IMG/VR virus record: IMGVR_UViG_3300021520_000002
Coordinates: 186,001 to 250,000 of that record
Length of the DNA: 64,000 bases
Reading direction: 5' to 3' (one strand)
Part shown: one piece after another, positions 43,036 to 54,183 of the stretch
Position numbering within the stretch: the first letter of the stretch is position 1
Layout: every line of letters begins with the position of its first letter
Program-made: the position numbers and the translations under genes
The notes under the pieces: generated by a model
The model's input: only the letters and a program-made list of their open reading frames with translations
What the model was told of the DNA's origin: nothing
Database searches by the model: none

Positions 43036-43959
43036 TTATTTTTCCTTTTTAAAAGGTATTTTAGTAGATATAAATCCAGCTGCACCAGCGTGCCCACCAC
43101 CACCATACTTCTTGGCTATTTCACTTACATCAACACCATTTTGACCTGAATATAAACTCACTGACCAGTTCTTGCCGTCATATATAAATGGTAATAATAT
43201 ATCATATTTATCTGTTCCACCAATTGATTTAAAATAATCTGAATTGCATTTTCCTAAGTTAACAGCAAAACATTTATAACCTTCAAATTCAACTTCAAAT
43301 CCATAAGATTTAAGAAAATCTTTAGACCAACCATCTCTATAAGCAATACAAATTTTTCCTTCAACAATAATTTTATTTATTGTTGATGCTTCATTATTTA
43401 CTAAATCTATCCAAAAATTAGATTCAGGATTTGTATCATAAATTTCACAACCAATTACAAAAGGTTTAGTTTGTGGTAATTTTAAAGTCCATGTATCCCA
43501 ATCACTAATTAATCTAGTAAATTTTGGAACTTGTTCATACATTTTAGTATTAAAAGATTTAACTTCACCTTTACCTTGTTTAGTCATAATATTAAGATAT
43601 ATATAAGTTAAAGCACATCCAGCCATATTAATATAATTTGGATCTTTTTTAATTTCATCGGCACTTTTTGTTTCATATCTAATACCAGTAATTTCATTTC
43701 TAAAATTTTTATATTTATCAATAGAACTCTTATGATGATCTATCCAAACAACATTTGGAGTTATTTCAAGAAGATCTATCATTTCTTCTGGAGAAATTGA
43801 AAAATCGACGATATATACAGTTTCATTAGGTAAGATCTTGCCGATTGGAAATGGTTTATTATAATTAATTTCAAAAAACTCTTTTTTTAGTTCTGGTATA
43901 AATGTACACCAAAAAGCGGAACAACGTCCATCTAAATCATTATGATAAAATACTTTCAT
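43036..43959 (-). CDS. DHH/DHHA1 phosphoesterase
   Basis: YHNDLDG, IVDFS, IDHH, GGGGHAGAAGF. Confidence 0.92.
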   Translation of the reverse strand: MKVFYHNDLDGRCSAFWCTFIPELKKEFFEINYNKPFPIGKILPNETVYIVDFSISPEEMIDLLEITPNVVWIDHHKSSIDKYKNFRNEITGIRYETKSADEIKKDPNYINMAGCALTYIYLNIMTKQGKGEVKSFNTKMYEQVPKFTRLISDWDTWTLKLPQTKPFVIGCEIYDTNPESNFWIDLVNNEASTINKIIVEGKICIAYRDGWSKDFLKSYGFEVEFEGYKCFAVNLGKCNSDYFKSIGGTDKYDILLPFIYDGKNWSVSLYSGQNGVDVSEIAKKYGGGGHAGAAGFISTKIPFKKEK

Positions 43960-45410
43960 TTGTTCTCCTTCACATCTGTTGTTTTTGACTGTTCTGGGAC
44001 TATTTTAATTCCTAAATAATCACTCCTGCTAGCTCCATATTTATGAAAACCTGAAAATATAGCATCACAACTTTCATTTTTTCCAAATTGTTGTAACCAT
44101 TGTGTTTCAAATTCTGTTTCTGGAACAATAAGTAACCCACTACCTCCATGATACATTTCAACTTTCATTTTATCTCCTTCTTATTATTTATCAACAATAT
44201 TATATTTTATAAACTTTCCATCTTTAAATTCAAAACATAATGTTTTACGTGGAGAATCACTTATTTCATTTAGATTGATAAAATTATAATCACTATATGG
44301 TTGATTACTATTTTCTACATATTCTATACCAATAGAGTTAAGACATTCTTTAAATTTATCAATATCTCTTAAGTTTTTTGATGCTTTTTTCTCTTTCGAA
44401 TAAAACAACTTCATATGATAAAAAAACCAGAGTAAACCATAAATAATACTCGAAGCTAATGCTGCTGGTAATAAAATATAAAATAAAAAATCTTTCATAT
44501 TCCGTCTCCTTCAATACATTTAACCCTTATCCCTCCGTTTCCCAATCTATTGGTTCTATATTTGCTCCTTGACTTTGCATCCAAGGTACTAATTTTTGTT
44601 TAAAACATTTGGGGCATATGTCAATAGTATATTCTTTTTGTCTTACAGTCACTTTTATCTCTGTTTCATCTACTTCATAAACTCCGGCATACCAACTATA
44701 GCCTTTAGATTCAAAACCACAAATATCACAACTTCTTTTATCTTCAATAACCTTTGTTTGACTTGGTACTTGAATACTTTTAAATATTTTCATTTTCCCT
44801 CCTAAGCCAATTCATGTCTTTTTGTACCTTCTTGTTTTAACTTACAATACATTTCCCATTTAGAATAATAAGACCATCTAAATAAGTAAGTAAAGATTTT
44901 TTGAATCCAACTTAATTTTATTTTGGTATAATAGTCCCATTCTTTTTTAGTTGGTACGTAATCTCCATATACTATCATTTAGTTTCCCTCCCTACACCCA
45001 GAAAACATATTTTTAAAAATAATAACACGTTTTGTTTTAAAGTTAGTCTTGGTTCTTTCCATTCGAACCATCTACAATCATAATTTTTATTAAGTTCATG
45101 TGGTGAAAAGAAATGATGTTTAAGTTCTTTAGCATAATAAGTTCTAACTTCTTTTTTGTTATCTGGGTGACCACACTCTATAAGACTTATACAATGTTTA
45201 CAGTCACTACAATAAATTTCAGTTACCATTTATTTTTCTCCTTATATATTAATAATTGTTCGAAAAAATATTATTATAATTGAGATAACAAAAATTCCAA
45301 AACAACTAAGAGTTAATATTCCACCTATTATAGATTCTATTTTATATTTTTTATCATACCAATAACATAAGAAAAATAATAATCCTGATATTACTGTTAC
45401 CCACTCCATT

Positions 45411-45671
45411 TTAAACTTCCCTCCATACACCATTTTCAAGATATCCATGCCAACCCACAATATCTTTATTAGAATAGCAAAGTATAGATGGGCTTGCTGT
45501 AATTGTTCCATCTTCATGTTCAGTTATGTTATGAATGGTTGTTCTTAATCTTCCCCAGGTTCCATTTGGACAACGTAACCACCATGTCCCATCATTTGCT
45601 TTAGCATAGTCACCAGGTTCAAGATCATGTATTTTAATATTCTCATCTGGATAAACTCTTCTACCTACCAT
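45411..45671 (-). CDS. Small metal-binding protein (DUF6527-like)
   Basis: CPNG...TASPSI...WHGYLENGVW. Confidence 0.55.
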   Translation of the reverse strand: MVGRRVYPDENIKIHDLEPGDYAKANDGTWWLRCPNGTWGRLRTTIHNITEHEDGTITASPSILCYSNKDIVGWHGYLENGVWREV

Positions 45672-46053
45672 TTTATTTCTCCATAAACTTTCTTAAATTC
45701 TTCAACCATTACTTCTTTATCTACTGGACATGTACAATTTGTAATATGTTCGGTATAAGCTATAAGATTAATTATAGTATCATTATACATCCATTTTGTT
45801 CCATTAGCTTGTTGTATCATATGGAATAAGAACTCTTTCATTTTTCTCCTTTTTTACATTCATCACATCTTAATACACCACCATCAGATTTATCAATTTT
45901 AAGTTTTTTATTAAAATAATAACAATTTCTATATTCATCATTATATCCCGAGCAACCACTTCCGAATCCTTCATTACCACAATATTCATCATCAACAGTT
46001 ATTTCAACTTCTATTAGCTTTTTAAGTTTCATACTTATACTCCTTTTTAAAAA

Positions 46054-46128
46054 TGGTGCCCAAGGTGAGAATTGAACTCACGACCTAGTGTTTTAGAGGC
46101 ACTCGCTCTACAACTGAGCTACTTAGGC
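46054..46128 (-). tRNA. Amber suppressor tRNA (anticodon CTA) with encoded CCA
   Basis: Acceptor GCCTAAG/CTTGGGC-A-CCA; D arm GCTC/GAGC; anticodon arm AGTGC-CTCTAAA-ACACT; T arm GTGAG-TTCAATT-CTCAC. Confidence 0.85.
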
Positions 46129-46141
46129 ACCGATTTTATTT

Positions 46142-46435
46142 TTAAAGTAACCTTAATTTAGAAAATATTTTTTCATTATCAACAGTAGTTGCTAATGATG
46201 TGATTTGATTTCCTATATCAGGTTCTTTAAATATACTATATTCAATACTTTTCATATCCAGCTTAAATATCCATTTTTCTAATTCTTCTTCATCATTAAC
46301 ACCAAGATAAACTAATGTACCATTATCCCAAGATGTTTTATTATGAAGAAGATATTCAGCAACAGCATGACCAGATTGAACAGCTTGTTGGGCTATCGAT
46401 AAATCACGCCGCGTTAGCACATAAAGCTTCTTCAT
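46142..46435 (-). CDS. Peptidyl-tRNA hydrolase, Pth2-like, start revised to MKKLYV
   Basis: LYVLTRRDLS..QQAVQSGHA...F.EPDIGNQITSLA...FSKLRLL. Confidence 0.8.
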   Translation of the reverse strand: MKKLYVLTRRDLSIAQQAVQSGHAVAEYLLHNKTSWDNGTLVYLGVNDEEELEKWIFKLDMKSIEYSIFKEPDIGNQITSLATTVDNEKIFSKLRLL

Positions 46436-46712
46436 ATCTTCTGGTCCATTCTTCTTTAATTTTTGTAATGTATTTTTCATTAGCTGGATGATTTTCAGAT
46501 GGTGTTTCAATCTGTTCTCTTGTTTTTCCTCTCAGTTCACATCTTGCAATGTGCCGATGACGAAATTCGTATTGAAGATTATTAAGTTTATATTGTACTT
46601 CCCAACCTTTATTATTTGTTCTATAAGCTTCACTTCTTTCAATTTTTACATTATGAATATCTAAAGCTTTTTGTTTCATTTCTTCTTTAATTTCTTGATA
46701 TACTAGATTCAT
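46404..46712 (-). CDS. Hypothetical phage protein (FRHRHIARCELRGK..EQIE)
   Basis: SD AGGAG sits inside a predicted hairpin; overlaps Pth2 start. Confidence 0.75.
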   Translation of the reverse strand: MNLVYQEIKEEMKQKALDIHNVKIERSEAYRTNNKGWEVQYKLNNLQYEFRHRHIARCELRGKTREQIETPSENHPANEKYITKIKEEWTRRYEEALCANAA

Positions 46713-46736
46713 GATTATTCTCCTTTTGATTTTTGA

Positions 46737-46802
46737 TTAAGAGTTCTACAATTTAATCTAAATCAAGGGAGGACTTCTATTACTATTTTTAACCTAGGTC
46801 AT
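46737..46802 (-). promoter_or_regulatory. Amber-containing leader ORF / translational attenuator: M T * V K N S N R S P P L I * I K L * N S TAA
   Basis: SD AAGGAGGTGA; ATG overlaps upstream TGA; 3 in-frame TAG; CTCCCTTGATTTAGATTAA pairs with TTAATCAAAAATCAAAAGGAG, which contains the downstream SD. Confidence 0.65.
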
Positions 46803-47134
46803 AATCTATCACCTCCTTTTTGCTTACTAATTATTATCGGAATTTTATATTTCATAGCTATTTCTTTTAATTGTTTATATCGTTCATGAGCTTTTTCTAA
46901 ATTTTCTTTAGTAGAACTTTCAATTACTAATAAAGAATCATAATCTAAAAATTTAATATTATTTTCTTTTAAATACATTTCTACTATTTGATCTTCTGTT
47001 ATAACTCCATAACTTATCATTAAATCAACATCACATTCTCCAATATTGCTAAACCAATCTTTTGCTTTTTTAATAAGATCATTAATACTTTCTTGAAGAT
47101 CTTTAAATGATATTTCTTTCATTATTCTATCCAT
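46799..47134 (-). CDS. Hypothetical protein
   Basis: ORF; its last codons provide the SD of the leader ORF. Confidence 0.6.
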   Translation of the reverse strand: MDRIMKEISFKDLQESINDLIKKAKDWFSNIGECDVDLMISYGVITEDQIVEMYLKENNIKFLDYDSLLVIESSTKENLEKAHERYKQLKEIAMKYKIPIIISKQKGGDRL

Positions 47135-47432
47135 TCTCCAATTATATCTGCCGGTTGAAGACCATAATGTGGTGGAGCATTAATAGCAAAAGATGATAAT
47201 GCTATTCCAAGAGGATTATGAACTATCGGCACAGATTCTATATTTTTTTCTCCAGGTCTATGTACAAAATAAATTGAATCCTTAAAATCATCTTGACAAA
47301 TCCAAACACAAATAACTTTCCATCCACCTCTAGTTCTATAATATTTACCTATTTCAAAATTATGTTGATTATTGGTAATATTTATATTGTCTAAATCATA
47401 TCCGTCATCTGTTTTCATTTATCCACTCCTCA

Positions 47433-48224
47433 TTAATAATTAGCTATTATAGCTTTTGCTGAATGTGCATGAATAGATTCATCATTAACAACTTCAACTT
47501 TAAACTTTAAAATATCTTTAACTTGTGATAGTTTATTATAACATTCACGAGCTATATCTTCAACAAATTTAGAATTTTCATACATCTTTTCTGTAACTTC
47601 TTTTTCATCAGGACGTTTTAATACTGAATAAATTTCACAAGATGATGATTCTTCGGCAATTTTAACTAAATCTTCAATCCAAATAAATGCATCTTCTTTA
47701 GCTTCACAAATAATTTTTATTCTACTTTTTTGATTATGTGCTGATATCTTACTAATTTCTTTACTACATGGACAACTTGAAGTAGCAATAGTTTCAACAC
47801 TTAATCTGAACATATGACCTTTTGCTGTTTTAATTATATTAAACCAAATTTCATATGGTAATATTCCAGGTTCAAAACTTATTGGTGCGTGCTTAGTTAG
47901 AAAATAAGGAAAATAATAACCAAGATCACACAAATCTGCTTCTGTGGATCTTCTTATATTTTCTGCAATTTTAATCATTAATTTACTACTTAATTGTTCT
48001 TTTGCAAATTTCATTAAACCAATAGGTATTCTACTCATAGATATACCTTTAATATCTGGTGCAAGATCAACAAAACAACTAATATTAGCTACACTATGTT
48101 GAACTCCCCCATCTTTTTGTGATATGAATATCGGCAATTTAAAATCAGTTATACCCACTCTATTAATTGAAATTTTATGAATAGGTTCTTGTTCATTCTG
48201 AATATCTGGTAATTTTTTGTTCAC
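47433..48224 (-). CDS. folE2: GTP cyclohydrolase IB
   Basis: LPDIQN, RVGI, KGISMSR, SCPCSKEIS..SAHNQKS, LKRPDEK, FVEDIAR, ESIHAH. Confidence 0.93.
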   Translation of the reverse strand: MNKKLPDIQNEQEPIHKISINRVGITDFKLPIFISQKDGGVQHSVANISCFVDLAPDIKGISMSRIPIGLMKFAKEQLSSKLMIKIAENIRRSTEADLCDLGYYFPYFLTKHAPISFEPGILPYEIWFNIIKTAKGHMFRLSVETIATSSCPCSKEISKISAHNQKSRIKIICEAKEDAFIWIEDLVKIAEESSSCEIYSVLKRPDEKEVTEKMYENSKFVEDIARECYNKLSQVKDILKFKVEVVNDESIHAHSAKAIIANY

Positions 48225-48601
48225 TCTATTTCTCCTTAATATTTATATTTAAGCCAGAACTTATTAAATGAAAATTTTGAATAACATTATTTTTATCAAC
48301 TCTTCCTATGCCTTTTAATGAAAGTGAAAATATATTTTCTTTAAACCCATTTTCTAATAAAGCAAAAATAGTGTTATTTATAGATTCATTAATAATTTCA
48401 ACTTCTGCTGTTTCTTTATCTTGATTAATTTTTGCAATTCCAATCATATTTTTAAATTTTACTGCAAAAGGGTTTTCTTCAAAATTATTACTACTCTCTT
48501 GAGTTATAAATATTTCTTTTCCAATATATTCTTCTAAAATATCTTCTTGATATTTTCTTCCATTTGAATTAAGATTATCAAAACTAAGTTTTAATTTCAC
48601 T

Positions 48602-49129
48602 TTATTTCTCCTCTTTTAATCTAATATGTTCATCCATAATTTTTTCAGAATAAATTCTTCCATTATAACTTGTTTTCTCTCCTAAAGCTTTAACTAAAAA
48701 ATCTTCTACATATTTTTGAATACCTGGTTTGCTACTTTCTCTGTTACCGGCAACATTTAACACTTCAATTTTGTTCCATTCAATCCATCTTTTAAAAGCT
48801 TCTTCTATTGGATTGATTATATATGGTTTTCCTAATTTCTTACATGTTCCTAAAGTTAATTTAGCTCCAGGACTATTTACATCTCCAAACCAAAGAGTAC
48901 CTTGAGAATTTTTTACATTTTCAATAGTTCTTGGTTTATACTGCCAATCAGAATGTTCTACTAATCCAAAATCTTTAAGTGTTTGATTAGGTCCTATATC
49001 TGTTCTATATCCTTTTGGTGCGGTTCCCCCAGTTTCAATTCCCAGTTTTTTACCAGCAAGAAGACCTCCAAAATCACCACCAGTTTGACCACCTGAGATT
49101 ATTTTTCTAATCATTTTTTCTCCATTCAA
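48602..49129 (-). CDS. SLOG-fold protein (molybdenum-carrier-like)
   Basis: IISGGQTGGD, GGTAPKG, RT..NV, LNVAGNRES. Confidence 0.8.
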   Translation of the reverse strand: MNGEKMIRKIISGGQTGGDFGGLLAGKKLGIETGGTAPKGYRTDIGPNQTLKDFGLVEHSDWQYKPRTIENVKNSQGTLWFGDVNSPGAKLTLGTCKKLGKPYIINPIEEAFKRWIEWNKIEVLNVAGNRESSKPGIQKYVEDFLVKALGEKTSYNGRIYSEKIMDEHIRLKEEK

Positions 49130-50695
49130 ATTGTAAAATTGTTAAATGTAATAAAGTTTCTAGTTTTAATTCAGTTTTAGTATTAAATTCTTTACTCTCT
49201 TTAATTTTTCTTACTAGAGCATTATGAGCATTAATATATTCTTCAATTGGTCCAAAATTTGTAATAAAATTTAAAGTTAAAATATCATCATTTTTAAGAT
49301 GTGCATCTTTATAATTTGAATTGCTTATATTTTTCATTATTAATATTTTATTTTCTTCTATTTCAATATAATCTTCTTTTATAATTTCTTTTAAAGAATT
49401 TAACGTTTGTACTTTCACAGTATCTTTTTCTCCTAAAAAAATATTTTATCGGCAAGATTCTATTATTAGATCTTGCCGATATTTATCAAATATATAATTT
49501 CTATATATAAATTGACATTTTATAATTTGACTTTTTTGATTGGTTCACATGTTATAGGATCTAATCTAAAGATAACTACATCTCCATAAATTTTTGCATA
49601 TGCAACTTCCAATTCTCCAATTTTATTTTTTGTAAGATATGGTGGAGCAGAGATAAGACTACTACTTGGACTAAAATTCCAAACGATTACTTTAATCCAA
49701 CCTTCTTTAGCATTAGATTCAACATCTCTATATGAATAATGTTCATTACAAATTGTTTTATAAAAACATGTTATATCACTAGCTTGAATATTAGTATAAT
49801 CTAATAACTCATATTCATCTTTATGTTCTAACATATATTTTTCTGTTTCTTTTAATATTATTTCTCCATTAACTATCATTAGTTTCCTCCTATTTATTAA
49901 TTGTCCTGAATATAACAGAACTTCTATCTTGTAATTCGTTATCTTGGTTGTCTAATAAAATTTTAAAATTCCAATCTAAAACATTTTTATCTTCTTCAAG
50001 AATTTTAATTGTTTCTGTTAATTTTTTTATTAATTCTTTAGTTTCATTTAAATTATCTAATGTGATATAACATTCTTGATATTTGGGGATAAGTTCTATT
50101 CTCATTTCTTTCTTGGACCTATTGCTGAATCAAGTAATTTAATACTTGTTTTTATTGTTTTTTGAGTAAAGAATCCTGCTGGTAAATTTACTCCAATAAC
50201 TTCAATTAGACATATTGGACAAACTTCAACATTAGTTTCTTTTTTTGTTTTTTCATCAATTAATTTAATATGTAAAGCTGTATAATTTTCAACATCAGTG
50301 TATATCATTCCATCAGCAATTATTTTTTGTCTTGTTCTTTCTAATTCAAATCCACCACAGTATGAACAATTATATTTTACTTTTTTTGTTTTTTTCATTC
50401 TTCTTCTCCTTTCACTTCAAAAAACATATTCATTTCAAAAGGTGCTTCACAACCAAGATATAAATATTTACCAAATTCAGACATTATAGACCATAGTTGA
50501 TGTTTTGAATATCCATTTTCATCTGTTTTTGGTAATTTAAATTCAAATGTAGGTTTTCCTCCAGATTGTATAATTAATAATTGTAATTCATCATAATTTT
50601 TTTTTAGAATTTCTTTTCCACGGTCAGTTAATTTTATCAAAACATAATCATTAACATTAAAAGGTATTTTTTTCATTTGATCTCCTAAAATTAAG

Positions 50696-50842
50696 TAGAG
50701 GGTGTACGATACTTTTACTGGCACCCTCTAAACCAGCTCTCAAAGGAGTCCATGATTATGTGGGAGAAAAAGCCACACCCATCACCACCCACATAATCAA
50801 CCACAGTAATCGCTGATGGCATGCACCAAAAATGGTGAGGGG
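50696..50842 (-). other. GC-rich structured intergenic RNA element
   Basis: Stems TGATTATGTGGG/CCCACATAATCA, TAGAGGGTG/CACCCTCTA, CACCA/TGGTG. Confidence 0.45.
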
Positions 50843-51059
50843 TTATATTCTATTTTTTTCCATATCTATTATAAGAGTTGTTAATCTTATTTTTTCTTCA
50901 GTTAAAAATTTTAAATTATTAGTTAAATAATTTTTATTATGATACTCTAATAAAGCAATTGCTTTAAGTACTTCTGCAATTTCTTGTATGCTTTTATATT
51001 CCATTATTCTTCTCCTTTTTATCGGCAAGATCTATTGCTAAATCTTGCCGATATTTATT

Positions 51060-53048
51060 TTACACTTGACCTAGCCAAATCTTTTCATAAATTGTTAATA
51101 TTGGACTATCTATTACTTCTTCCATATCAAGTTCTATTTTCTCAACTGAATTTTTATTTGGTTGATATAAAAGACCTAATAATGGACTTATATAACTTGC
51201 TAATTGTTTATCACCAAGTTTGAATGTTGGAGTTTGACTTTGATTATATCTCCAAAATACTTTATTATCATAATCTACTAGGAACATATTTGCAAATAAC
51301 ATTTCAATAAATGAACTGTAAACTGTTCCTACACTTAACATTAAAGTCATAAAATCTTGATAATATTCTTTTGGTGTTTTTGTTAATTTACTTTGTTGTT
51401 TTAACACATTTTTAACTTGATTCATAACAGATATAACATCTTCATTTTTTACTACTTTAGAATCAGCTCTGAATGAAAGTTGATTAGTTTTATAATCAAT
51501 ATTCATTAATCCAGGTATATCAGATAAAATTTTATCTGTTAGAATATCTGGAAATTCATTAGTGTCAAAAGTTAGAATTGTTTGCTCATTAATTCTTTCA
51601 ACATTAATCAAATGATCTCTAAAAAATTCTAAAACTTCTTTATTTTTTGGTAAATTTGCACCACCTGATACATGAAAAGTTCGAAGGATTAATTGTGTTA
51701 TCCTTTCGACCACACTTTGACCTGCAGTGATACCAACATACTTTGTTGGAAATTCTCTTGCACCAAAACATTTTCTACAAATTTTAAAATTTGGTTCTTC
51801 ACAAGTTATTAAAGAACGAATATAGATTTTATTATTTATAAATTTTATAGCTTCTGAAAGAGTTAAAACTTTCCATTCAAGTTCAGTACTTTGTGGATCT
51901 CTATAATATTTTCCAACTAAAGTTTGTGCATGTTTCTGTGAAGTTACAATAATATCTAAATAATTTTCAGTTCCACAATCATCTGATTCTAGTTCCATGA
52001 CCGAAAGTCCCATAACTATTGTTCTTTCAAGATACCCAGAATCTGGCGTCCATTTAGCCTTGTCCTGGATACTTTTTCTTGTTCCTGGAGCGACTATAAA
52101 AAATTCTTCTTCTGTTAAACCTTCTAAAAGAGAGGTTTTAATTGGAATTGGAGTAATATTATTTTCCGCGTCAGCGCTATATCCGATCGAGATACAAGAT
52201 CTTGCCAATTGTAATTTAGAAAATCTTGAACCTGATTTAAATAACTTATATAAATTTGATTCTTTATCAAAATGTTTTAAACATCTTTCAACAAGAGATT
52301 CATTTATATAATAACCTAACATTATATTATCATTAGGTATTTGTTTAAGCAATCTAGTTGTTTCATCATCTTTAAGATCAACCATTTCTAAAACATCTAA
52401 ACTTGGTGAATGCTTTGTAACTGATATGAAGAAGAATAGTTTCTTTTCAAGATCAGTTAATCGATCATAATATTTTTTATTATCTTTTTCATTTTCAAGA
52501 ATTAAACGACTAATCTCATTAGAATAATCTTTTTTAACACTTTTATTAATTATTATATTATTAAAACCACACCATTTATTGAATAAACACATTCCATATG
52601 GTACTAGTTTATTTTTAAATTTAACGGCAGAATATAATTGATCATTCCATAATTCTATAGTTTCTGGAAGATCATTAAGATCATCTATTTCTAATATAAT
52701 TTTGGTTTTATCAAATTCTGTTCTTGTTAATACAAATGCAGCATACAAAGCTTCATATCTCACTGTTGATAAAAAATTGGAATTTTGATCATAATGAATT
52801 GTATTCATCCAAAATGCTTTCTGTTCCAGTTCTTTTAATGCATCAATATCATGAACAATATATATCGCACATGTGTCTCCATCAAAATCTGCATTTAAAG
52901 CTTCAAGCATAAGCGGACTGATTTGAATTGAATCATTATCTCCATCCTCAATCGCTTCGATTAAAACTCCAACACAACTATGACGCCATAATGAAGGTTG
53001 TCTATTAATAAATGCTATCCTTTTTAATTTATTTAAAGATTTGTTCAA
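51060..53048 (-). CDS. rpoC: RNA polymerase beta' subunit, catalytic middle/C-terminal part
   Basis: NRQPSL, NADFDGD, KSGSR, SLLEGL, RKSIQDKA..TPDSGYLER, DDCGT, C..CFG, VGITAGQS, TQLILRTFH. Confidence 0.95.
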   Translation of the reverse strand: MNKSLNKLKRIAFINRQPSLWRHSCVGVLIEAIEDGDNDSIQISPLMLEALNADFDGDTCAIYIVHDIDALKELEQKAFWMNTIHYDQNSNFLSTVRYEALYAAFVLTRTEFDKTKIILEIDDLNDLPETIELWNDQLYSAVKFKNKLVPYGMCLFNKWCGFNNIIINKSVKKDYSNEISRLILENEKDNKKYYDRLTDLEKKLFFFISVTKHSPSLDVLEMVDLKDDETTRLLKQIPNDNIMLGYYINESLVERCLKHFDKESNLYKLFKSGSRFSKLQLARSCISIGYSADAENNITPIPIKTSLLEGLTEEEFFIVAPGTRKSIQDKAKWTPDSGYLERTIVMGLSVMELESDDCGTENYLDIIVTSQKHAQTLVGKYYRDPQSTELEWKVLTLSEAIKFINNKIYIRSLITCEEPNFKICRKCFGAREFPTKYVGITAGQSVVERITQLILRTFHVSGGANLPKNKEVLEFFRDHLINVERINEQTILTFDTNEFPDILTDKILSDIPGLMNIDYKTNQLSFRADSKVVKNEDVISVMNQVKNVLKQQSKLTKTPKEYYQDFMTLMLSVGTVYSSFIEMLFANMFLVDYDNKVFWRYNQSQTPTFKLGDKQLASYISPLLGLLYQPNKNSVEKIELDMEEVIDSPILTIYEKIWLGQV

Positions 53049-54183
53049 GCGGCCTCCTTGATTTTCTCCTTCTAAAATTCAATTGTGACTTTGATGTTTT
53101 TTGGAAATGGTTTTGGAAGTTTATCTTTTAATAAATAAACTGTTCCTATCCAAGGTCTTTCTCCATCATCCTCTTCCTTATATCTGACTGTACCTTTTGT
53201 TTCTTTTTCTATTTCAAAATCTAACTCTATTTTTTTATCATCAAAAGATTTACTCATTTTCCTTTTTCTCCTTCTTTGTTATTTTCCTAAGAATTTTTAC
53301 AACTTCATCAATTATCTTACTCCATATTATTTGTATTAAAAGAAATAAGAGTAGAGCTTGTAAAAATCCCCCATACCATATAATACTAAAATTTGATGGA
53401 AAATATAATTCACAAAAGATTCTCATAATTGATAATAATGATATTGATATTAAAAATATTAGTATATATCTCATCTTTATCCCTTCTTTGTTAAAGTTAT
53501 TTCAACATTACAACTATATTCCATATCATAATCATCAAAATTAATATTTAATGTTTCTGCTAATTTTTTACCTTTTTCAAGAATTGCTTCTTCTAAAGGT
53601 TCAACATCAAAAAATTCAACATCTACAACATCTTCAATAGCATAAGTTTCAATTATTATTTTATCCATTTCTTATTTCAGCTATCATTTCATTAAATTTA
53701 ATTCTTGCCGATTTATATTCATTTACAATTTCATCATAATTTATATCATCAAAATTTCCGAAAGTTCTGTTTAATATACTTCTATATTCATTAATTACAT
53801 TTGACATTTTATCAATATCATAATTAAGAGGAATTTCTTTTTCTACTTCTTCCATTCTTTTTTCAAATTCTTCATGTGATTTCATTTCTTACTCCTTAAC
53901 AACTAACTCTATAATTGTGATTTCTACTTCATAATCTTTTCCATCAATATATGTTAAATCGTGATCATCTTTTGGAGTTGTACATATTTTTAGAAACTCT
54001 TCCATATATTCTTTAGCTTTATCTTCAGATGTGAATATGAATTTACTTTTAATAACTGTCTTCTGTTCAAAACAAGCTAATTGTCCACGAATACTGAGTT
54101 GATATAATTTAAGATCTTTAATATTATAAGTTGTTGTTTCAGAATATTTAAATAAACTATCAGGTTTTATATTTGTTTTCTTC

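Noticed and set aside
46054-46128. Pyrrolysine tRNA
   Set aside because: Canonical D-loop, 5-bp anticodon stem and TTC T-loop, unlike tRNA-Pyl; no pyl genes seen
15432-51053. CRISPR array from the 33-35 bp palindromes or promoter repeats
   Set aside because: Copies are dispersed, not regularly spaced with spacer-length inserts; no cas genes seen
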